Shown: piece by piece, positions 54,746-64,000 of the stretch | Numbering within the stretch: the stretch's first letter is position 1 | Layout of the letters: each line of letters starts with the position of its first letter | Source of the DNA: Camelus ferus | Lineage: Eukaryota | Direction of reading: 5' to 3' | DNA length: 64,000 bases | Assembly (NCBI RefSeq): GCF_009834535.1 | Contig: NC_045696.1 | Location: forward strand, 59,584,001 to 59,648,000 | Notes under the pieces: model-generated | What the model was told of the DNA's origin: nothing | What the model saw: only the letters and a program-made list of their open reading frames with translations | The model's database searches: none | Position numbers and translations under genes: made by a program

Positions 54746-56619
54746 GCCCACAAGTTTGTGTCCATACTTCTGAATCTAACACACAAGCACGTCTGACCCC
54801 CCTTTATCTGTCTATATAAGTCACTCTTCCTGGTGGCAAGACTTGAGTTTCAAACTGGCTTAGGTTACGAAGGGGAAAAGCTATTGTATGGCTGTATGTG
54901 GGAATAAAGAAGACAGAAGGTATGCGGTAGGACCTCTCAGGAGCCCAGAAAAAGCTGAGTGACTCAGCCTCACGGGAAGAACAAGACACGTGGCATGGTC
55001 TCACCTCTGGAGTTGAGAACTGGGATGTCGCCCGGGACCAAGGGCAGTTCCAGCAGCCGCGTCACCTGGTCAGCTCATCGGAGGGGATCAGGGATACACG
55101 ACCACCACCCATGACTTAGCTTCCCTTCTTCCCTAGCTTTGATGTTTCAGGATATAGTTTCCTCTGATAGGGCTGCTCTGGTAGGACTGCTGCCACCAAT
55201 TGGCTTTTATAAAACTCCATCTCCTGTTCAAGTCTCCTTACCAAGAGCAGAGAATAAATATGTATTTCCAAGTCTTTTCTATAAAGCTGGATTTCTTGAT
55301 TATAGCTACAAAGGTTTACCTCTGTTTTAAGTAAATAACAAACCTAAGAAAAATTGTTTTCAGAGAGGGAAAAAAGCCCTAAATGTGCTAAGATCGAAGT
55401 CCTTGGAACACCAGATATCTTTTATTAACCAATTCCCAATGCTATTATTCTTTGCCTTTTTGTGGTTAGGGAGGTGTTTCTCCTGTCCTCACACCCACCT
55501 TCTTTCCTTCACACCAAAGCTCCTTGCCTCCCAGCCCTGGGTACCAGCCCACTGTCCTGAGAGAGGAGAGGCTGAGATGTGTTGAGTGAGTTGCTGGAGA
55601 GCTAGAGCCCTGGCCGTGTGTCAGGTCAAGTCCTCTCCGCTTGCCTCCCGTCAGAAAGCACTCACATTCTTTGAGAGGATTAATCTCTCATGAGAGGGGC
55701 TGTAGATGAGCCTGGAAAGGTGAGGCATAAAGAAAGAGAGGCTCTTCTGTCTTTTCTACTGTTGCTCCGGTGATTTTTCTGCCTCAGATTCCCTCACTTA
55801 TGCAGATTGTAGCATGATCCAAACCTTGGACCTACCTTCCCCTCATTCCAAAAGATAAAAGATTACTTCTTGGAATATTATTTAAATATTCTTTCCTTTC
55901 TCTTAAATTAAATCTATCAGGCTTTCTTGATAGGTTTTAGAGTTTCAAAACCCAAACTTAAGATGAAAGATGAGCAAGTGTTTGCTTGTTGGGACAACCT
56001 CTCCAGTTTAATATCTCACCCAGCGTGCGTCCTGCCTCCCCCCTGAGACCTTTCCTGCCCCTGTCAGCCCACCTTCGTTTTTTTCCGGTTTTAAAATTCT
56101 TGCGATGTTAACTATACATACTTCTCATTCCAATATTCAGTTACACAATGCCCTGAGTTATTTAACCACTCTGTGTGAAAATCTTGTCTCTATAGAGGTA
56201 TAGACTGTCTGCAGAAAATGAAGACCTCTTTTTCTTCTTTTGTTTACCCCCCAAGGCTGTCCCCACATCTCTCTGCACAGTGCTGTAGACAGAGTAGGTG
56301 TTAAAGACACTCTTGTTAGAAATTAAACTAACCCAATAAATGTCAGGGCTCCACTCCATTAGCCCTGTAATGGATGCTAACTTCGTTAAGTCTCTCTCTC
56401 CCACTCTCCCTCTCCCTCCTCCCCACCTCTCTTTCTCTCTCTCTCATAGTAACTAAAGACAATATCTTGGTGGTGAAAGGAACAGACTTTACCCTTAAAT
56501 CTGGTAGTTGGGTTTTTTTAGATCCTGGCATGCTAACTCACTGATGTCTAGAAAACCTGCTTCAGACCAGGACAGTGCAGGGAGAGAACGAGGAACTGTG
56601 GACCACAGGCAGACAGGCG

Positions 56620-56810
56620 CTATCACTTACAGGTTGTATGAAGTTGGACAAGCCCTAAGTCTCTAAGCCTCAGCGTTTTTCATCTGTGGTTCAGAGAGAC
56701 CCCTCACCACCTCCCTCCACCTGCCTCCTAGGGATGCTTTAAGATTCAAATGGGGCTCGGATGTGACATGAACATACTCTGTAAACTGATAAAGTATTAT
56801 ATTAGTGTAA
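56620..56810 (+). mobile_element. MIR SINE
   Basis: ttggacaag...ctctaagcctcagcgtttttcatctgt...ctctgtaaactgataaagt. Confidence 0.65.
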
Positions 56811-56837
56811 GAGGTTCTTACATCAATAGTCATACTG

Positions 56838-57066
56838 GCTAATACTTATTGCTTACTGAGTTCTTACTGTAAGCACCGTGTTCCAGACACACTCTACGTT
56901 GTCTGCTCTGGTAATGCTCATATCAACCCTACAATGTAGGTACTATTATGATCCCTATTTTTCAGATAAAGGAACTGGGGCACAGAGGGCTTAAGTAGTT
57001 TGCTCAGGATGTCCCAGCCAGTTAGTGACAGCACTGGGATATAAACCCAGGCAGTCTGGCTCTGAG
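56838..57066 (-). mobile_element. MIR SINE, near full length
   Basis: aaccctacaatgtaggtactattatgatccctatttttcagataaaggaactggggcacagag...aaacccaggcagtctggctctgag. Confidence 0.88.
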
Positions 57067-57161
57067 GTATCTCTGGCTGCTGTGAGGAAGGAAAGAGGGG
57101 TGGGGTGAAGGGCCATGAGAGTAAATGTAATCTAGTAACTTACAACTATCTTTTGGGGCAG

Positions 57162-57344
57162 CAAACAAAGGAGAAGGTGAAGCTTCTGATTCAGCTGGCC
57201 GATAGCTTTGTGGAAAAGGGCCACATTCACGCTACAGAGATCAGGAAATGGGTGACCACGGTGGACAAGCATTACAGAGACTTCTCCTTGCGGATGGGGA
57301 AGTACCGGTACTCCCTGGAGAAAGCCCTAGGAGTCAACACAGAG
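57162..57344 (+). CDS. KALRN: KALRN exon K (183 nt, phase 0-0): QTKEKVKLLIQLADSF...SLEKALGVNTE
   Basis: Weak acceptor ctatcttttggggcag, donor GAG|GTAGGT. Last spectrin-repeat segment. Confidence 0.95.
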
Positions 57345-58267
57345 GTAGGTGTGGGGGTTGCCCAGCTGGGACATCCTCCCTTCCCACTTCCCTCAGTACT
57401 GCTGCTCATCGCCATGGAGAGAAGCTGGGTTTGCAGAGGAATCTTCCCAGCTGTTGACCCCTAGAGCACTTGCCTTGTGTGGTTTTTCCCGTGGAGGGGC
57501 TGGATCTTACTGAGTCATTGGCCTCCGGCTCTCCATGACTGGTGCTATATATGTATATTGCAAAATTGGCTGGCCAGGGATGGGGCTATGGCTACAGAAC
57601 TGAGTTTTTCTTTATGTAGAGTTAACTGTTGACTTTGAGGATTAAACCCTTTATCTTGGCTTCATCAGAACAGTCTTGCATCCAATTATGTTAATCAGCA
57701 AGTGATTAGAGTCCCCAGTATGTATAATGGTGCTCTTTCAAGAATAAGGGATGTAATTTGTGTAAAGTCTATTTGACATTTCAACTGAAAAGAAGTACTA
57801 TTTGCCAGGAAGCAAGGGAAGACTGACTTTTAATCTCTTCTTTATAATAGGGGTCAGTAACCCATGAATTAAGAACTAAATATAGGCTGGAAATTTAATC
57901 CTAGGATTTCTAATTCTTTAATTTAAATAGGCTCATACTCTGAAGCAGGGCAGACTAGAGAGTAGAGTGGTCAAACCACTACAATTGGGGGAATTAACGT
58001 TTCCCCAAGGCTTTAGCCTGTGAGACTTTTTTCCTAGAGGTTTTTATCCTATATAAATACCAAACAGTGTTGAAATAAGTAGGGAAGGGTAATTAGAAAA
58101 TTCAGTAATTGTTCTATCATTTAGCTTTCTATTTCCAAAAGAAGTTGCTTGTTTTAATAAAAATATTTACTTTTATTTTTTCCCTTGGCAAATGAAAGTT
58201 TTCTTGTCTTTATATATCTGTTTCATAGCTGTTTTAACTGTTACTAAGCAATCTTGGACTAATTTAG

Positions 58268-58268
<1 letters not shown>

Positions 58269-58316
<48 letters not shown>
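58269..58316. repeat. (TG)n microsatellite, interrupted
   Basis: Directly visible. Confidence 0.95.
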
Positions 58317-58616
58317 TAGATACAATCAAGATCGAAATCCTTTGGGAAATATGACACTAATTATCAAATATGTTTGTATTTTTTTTCTTTGTTGTGGGTA
58401 TTAGCCCTAAGCATTTGACCTGAGCATTTCATACTTTTCTTATTTGAAAAAAAAATTATCCCCTGAAGAAGAGTGGGTGGCAGTTAGTGGGATTCCCTGT
58501 TTTCTCATACTTCTCCATTATATCTTTCTGTTTTTCCCCTCCACCACCTCCCCCAACTCTGGTGAGTTGCTTCCCCTGAGCATCTCCAAGGTGACCTCTG
58601 CAATCTCTCTGTGTAG

Positions 58617-58735
58617 GATAACAAGGACCTGGAGCTGGACATCATCCCAGCAAGCCTTTCAGATCGTGAGGTCAAGCTCCGGGACGCCAACCACGAGGTC
58701 AATGAAGAGAAGCGGAAGTCAGCCCGGAAGAAAGA
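58617..58735 (+). CDS. KALRN: KALRN exon L (119 nt, phase 0-2): DNKDLELDIIPASLSDREVKLRDANHEVNEEKRKSARKK(E), linker to DH1
   Basis: Acceptor ctctctgtgtag, donor AGA|GTATGT. The ORF track shows only other frames here. Confidence 0.96.
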
Positions 58736-59199
58736 GTATGTCTTGGGGGCGGGGAGGGCATCTTCTCCCAACTGGCAGGCTCTTCTGACTGTGCTTGGCT
58801 TTCAGTGCCTCCCATCCCTTTAGTCAGCTTGCTGTGTCCTCGTGACCACCTACAGAGGTTGGAATGGACAGACGTGATGCTCCCACCCACATTTCACACT
58901 AGCCAAGGACTGTTAGGGCAAATGATGAACCATGTCAATGTCACAAACCATGTCTTGATCACTCTGCTTTCTTTATATTGGTGTTGCAAACTCACACATA
59001 TCTAAGGATATGCAAGGGCTTTATGAAGAATATTTTGATAGATTCCTTTTGAATACTGCTGGGAAAAAAATAGTGTATCCTAAGATTAAGAAGTCCTCTG
59101 TAGTTGACTTTATCAAAACGAAGTAGGACCACAGGTCCCTTGAAGCTGAAGAAATTGAAGTTGGTCTGTGAAGTCAGAGCTAGTGTTTCATCTGGGAGG

Positions 59200-59620
59200 T
59201 GTATTAGTTTGTTAGCGCTGATACAACAGACTCTGACAAGCTGGGTGGCTTAAACGACAGAAATGTATTATCTCACAGACCTGGAGGCTGGAAGTCTGAA
59301 ATCAAGGTGATGGCAGGGTTGGTTCCCTCTGAGGGCTGGGGGGGCAGGCTCTGTTCCAGGCCTTTCTCCTTGCCTTACAGATGGCTGTCTTCTTGTTCAC
59401 ATGTCTTTCTCCCTGAATATATGCCTGTGTCCAGATTCCACCCCCTACCCTTTAAGGACACCAGTCATTTTGGAATGGGGGCCCGCCCTCCTCCAGAATG
59501 ACCTCCTCTTAACTGACTGCATCTGTAATGACTCTATTTCTAAATAAGGTCATATCTGAGGTACTGAGGGTTGGGATACAACATATGCATTTTAGGGGAG
59601 ACACAGTTCAACTCATGACA
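59200..59620 (-). mobile_element. MaLR solo LTR (MLT1B/C-like), full length
   Basis: TGtattagtttg...gggtggcttaaac...tctcacag..ctggaggctggaagtctgaaatcaaggtg...ataaggtcatatctgaggtact...cacagttcaactcatgaCA, flanked by gggagg on both sides. Confidence 0.92.
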
Positions 59621-60745
59621 GGGAGGGGAATGAGGAGATGACACTAGGCTGGATCTCCCTTCCAGGCTCTCTCCGCGACACCAAATAGCCAGAAGATGGT
59701 AAGGGGTAGGTAGAAAATAAAACAAAATGGGGTCGAGGGTACTAGAGCTAAATTATGAAGAAAAACAGGCAAAATTGCAGAAAGCAGATGAAGAAAAGGG
59801 AGAAGAAGGTAGAAGCATGCCACAACCCTAGGCAGTAAAATCAAAGACGACTTTGCAAAGCGTGTGGGATTACGTTCCTTCTGATCTTCCTTCTCTCCTT
59901 GTTTACCAAGCACTTACAGTGTCCTGGAAACTTTGCTTACAGGATCTTGTTTAATCCTTGCAGCAGCCCTGTGTGATCAGCTGTTTTATAAGTAAGGAGT
60001 CTGGGGCTTGGAGAAGCAAGTCCTACTTCTAGTAAACAGCAGTCGTAATTCAATTCCTATTTGTCTGACTTCAAAGCTCTTGCATTTTCCTCTCTGCCAA
60101 TGGAGTAAGAATAGTAAGAGAGTGGCTCATTAACTCCTGCAAAAGGGATTTTTTTTAATTAATACTTTAATTTTAATAGAAAGGCCCCTGCTAAAACCAG
60201 GTATTGCTTTAAGGAAAATCCCACCAAGATAAAGGTTCAGGAAAAGATGCTGCTCGTTTTAATTTTTCTTATGAAATTTCTAACAGGACACCCTTTGGGG
60301 ACAATCTTTCTCAAAAATGTTCATGTAATGAAGCGCCTTGGAAATAGGAATTCTCGTTATGAAGTACAATGAAAACTTGACATAGAAAGCCTAAGATAAA
60401 TGTATAAATATATACTTTGTGCTAAATTAGAGATTATTGCATATCACATGCCAGCTAGGAAGCACCTTTTCTAATACAAATTTGTGAAAAAAAGAAAACA
60501 GAAATGAAAATGTAGGTACACTGTGATGAAGCCACGCGTCATTAGTTTAACACCCTCTAAGTACCTTGTGTTGTTTAGGGGCCCAAGGAGGAGGGAGCCC
60601 TCTTCTTGCACATGCACAGCACAGGCTCCTCTTTATGGGAGGCTGAAGAGCAGTCACTTGGCCTTGTTAGCGTGTGCTGACACACACTCAATTTCATGCA
60701 CAGCAGTTTGTGCAGTTTGTGATAAAAAATAGCCCCATTCAAAGC

Positions 60746-61062
60746 CAGAGGTCGGTGCACTATGGCCTACAGGCCAGATCTGGCCCACTACCTGTTTTAT
60801 GTAGTCTTTAAGCTAAAAATTATTTTTTAAATATTTTTAAGGAGTTGAAAAATATCAAAAGAAGAAGATTTTGTGACATGAAAATTATCTAAAGTTATTT
60901 TCTATCCATAAACAGTTCTATTGGCCACACTGTTTTTTTAAACATATTGTCCGTGGCTCCCTCCACACACAACAGCAAAGCTGGGTGGTCGTGACAGAGA
61001 ATGAATGGCCCACAAGTGTCTACTGTCTGACTCTTTACAGAAAAAACTTTGCTAATCCCCCG
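60746..61062. mobile_element. MER58B-like hAT MITE
   Basis: cagaggtcgg...ctatggcctacaggccagatctggccca...atcaaaagaagaa...gtgacagaga...ctttacagaaaaaactttgctaatccc. Confidence 0.85.
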
Positions 61063-61538
61063 TCTCGGTGGTGGTGTCTTGCTTGGCCATCTGTTTCTGG
61101 CTTTGAAACCTGGTTTACCCTACAGTACCGTGAACTGTTTTGGTTTAATAAGTCAGCAGTTCTGCTGAACAGGAATGATCATTCTGGGAGCTGTAAGAGA
61201 AATGTGGGGACCTGAGATTCAAGCTGTCTAGTTGGTGGAAATGAGTGTGAGCAATGCTGCAAACTTGTGCCCCCATGCACACAAGCACACATGTGCCAGC
61301 AGAGAGTCACAACATGGTGGAACCGGGGTGGAGAAGGGGGAGAGCATGGAACCACTGAGCACAGACATGCTGAAGGGATACAGAGCAAATGATCAGAGAC
61401 AGGGACTTGGAGGATAATACTCAGCAAGGAGTTGTGAGAAAGGAAGAAAGGTATATTGGTAAAGTAGAAAGATAGAGCGTCCAGGATGTCATGAATACTG
61501 GGAGCAGGGGGCTGTGAAGTTTGAAGGAAGGGAGATAG

Positions 61539-61676
<138 letters not shown>

Positions 61677-62143
61677 TAGAAAACGATGTGCTTGCCACAT
61701 CAAGTCCTGGAGAGGAGCTCAGTCCTCTCTGTCTTCTCCCAGAGCTTGGAGAATAAAAAGCCAACCAGAGGACATCTTTTTCCTAGAGTCAGTAATAATT
61801 GCATGGGAGTTTAAAGTGCTTTGGAAAAGAAAACTTTTCTCAGACTGGAACTAGACTCAGCAAAGAAAAGCATGTAAGACACTTGAATTCAAAATAAAAA
61901 CCATGACACAGTCAGTGAACTTAAGTGGAGTCTGAAAGTCTGCATCCTCCCCCGACACACACATTTAATAGATGAAAAGGGTGTGGAGTTGTGCTCTTGC
62001 TGAAGTCCAGGATGGGAGTTTCCCCAGCAGCAGTTCAAGATGATGGGGCATTCAGGTTTTCCCCTTCCCCTTCTGCTCACTTACCATCGCACTTTTTACT
62101 CTCTGTATGTGTCCCCAGTCCGAGCCTTACCCCACAGGGTTGA

Positions 62144-62323
<180 letters not shown>

Positions 62324-63117
62324 TAGGTTGGTGGAGGGTTTCAGTGGAGCACTCTTAGGGCCAAAAGTACCCAACAACACAGCTGCCCCACTAGTGGACC
62401 AAAGCTGGTTGGGAAGGCTCTCCCGGTCAAGTGTTGCTGGTTACATTTTCTAAGTCACTTGCTGTCAGACTTCTTTCTCACTCACCCTTCTTTCTCCACA
62501 GTAGTCCTAAATTCCTAGCGAAGGGTGAAGTCATGTATTCAGCAGTGTCCCTACCCTGATCTCCTAAGGGACCTAACATCTTTATACCCAATCAGAATGA
62601 TAGCCAGGCTTTGAGGAAATAAAAGTAGCTTTTCCTCGTTGGAACTGTGGGGAATTCTGACAATAGAATTCATCCGAGGCTAACCGTTCCACCCTGTGGG
62701 CCTTAGGTTTCAAATTCCATTGAAGTTTTCTTTCAACCTATTTCCTCCATCCCCAACTACCTGATCATCCTCACCCTCAAGCAAAACAGCTACAGAGAGA
62801 GAGAGAGAGAATCAAAATACCTCATGGAACATATTTTTTGACAGCTTATAGGCTAGAGCATCCATCGACCCTGTATGTTTTGTTGAAATAAGTAGAATCA
62901 TAAAGCCCTAAAACCTCACAACTCATTTCTTTCCAGCCCCTAACTTGATTTAAGTATCTTTCTACAGCATGTTAAACAACATATTCCGTCGTTAACAAAG
63001 GGTCAGCCAGAACATTGGTTGGTTAGTTATATAACCAGCTAATGGTACTCAGTTTCCAAAGTACAAAGAGAGGGAACCTCAAGACACAAGACATAACGTT
63101 GACATACAGCAGTCACC

Positions 63118-63300
63118 CCGCACTGTGCAGTGGCGCTTTCTGCAGGGAGGGAAATGGTCCACATCTGTGCTGTGCTCTACAGGAGCTGCTGGTCATGTGC
63201 GGCTGTTGGACACTTGAAGTGTGACTAGTGCTACTGAGAACTGAATTTTTGACTTTATTTAATGTAGATGGCAAGTGGCTGCCATGTCGGACAGCCCAGC
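63118..63300. mobile_element. MER3-like hAT MITE
   Basis: ctttctgcagggagggaaatggtc...catgtgcggctgttggacacttgaagtgtgactagtgctactgagaactgaattttt...ggacagc. Confidence 0.8.
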
Positions 63301-64000
63301 TCTAGAAAATGAGACGTCAGCGTGGCCCTTTGCTAAGAATGACCAAGAGGCAAGTAAGAGTGGGTATAAAAGTATCTTGAGTTCTGAAAGGTCTGAATAA
63401 GGGGTGGAGAGTCACTCCTTTCTTATCAACTCCTGATAATTAATCCCCTGGAATGTCATCAGATGGCATTAGTGTAAAGGGAACATAGAATACATAGTTC
63501 CCATGACATATTAACCTTGTCAGATTATGAAGGCCTAGGGTGAAAATACCTTCTGACTCTCTGGAGTACTTAATCAAAGTTCCCAGTATTTCTTTTTTTA
63601 ATCCAAATTTTAACACTTTCCATATGGTGTGTCTAGAAATCTCCAGACATAGAAATATTCTTTCCTCTTGCCTATATAGTAAGATCCCGTAAAGCCATTC
63701 TTGACCTTTGATCCCAAATTCTGTCAGCTGAGCCCAGCTTAGCATTATCCTGTCTCCTGCAGGGTATCTGGGAAGACGTGGGCCTGGAAAGCAGTAAATT
63801 ACACTACTTTTCTTTTCTGATTTATGATCTCTAGGATTTAGTCAACAAGTCTCACTTTCCTCATATCCTTACCAAACTGACAAGGTATAAAAATAGAGAT
63901 CGCTATGTGCACCTCCTCTGAGACCTGTTTTTGCCAGGTCGGTGTATAAGGGGAAAGACTGTTCATCTCAAAACTGACCAATTGTAACAAAATATCTAGC

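Noticed and set aside
58495..58616. Long pyrimidine tract, donor-like CTG|GTGAGT at 58562 and an extra AG at 58589-90 before exon L
   Set aside because: The implied intron would be only 55 nt, and the upstream AG would shift the frame by 26 nt. No coherent exon results.

Overview
Mammalian genomic DNA, most likely a camelid: it carries a Vic-1-type tRNA-derived SINE and an artiodactyl-type L1 3' end, and no Alu, Bov-tA or PRE-1. The whole window lies inside the KALRN (kalirin RhoGEF) gene on the + strand. Fourteen consecutive GT-AG coding exons (2,069 nt, 689 codons + 2 nt) join in perfect phase. They encode the C-terminal spectrin-like repeats and the start of the first DH (GEF1) domain. Five of these exons are missed or shown out of frame by the ORF track. 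The introns hold ordinary ancient repeats (MIR, L2, CR1/L3, L1M, MLT1, MER3/5/58, a Charlie-like relic). I found no new gene system. The most interesting signals concern splicing: a duplicated donor (+/-13 aa), a double acceptor (+/-9 aa) under a very dense YCAY (NOVA-type) cluster, a second YCAY cluster, and candidate stop-containing cryptic exons. There is also one strong CTCF-like motif. Repeat families and orthologue comparisons come from recalled consensus sequences, not from searches, and repeat boundaries are approximate.
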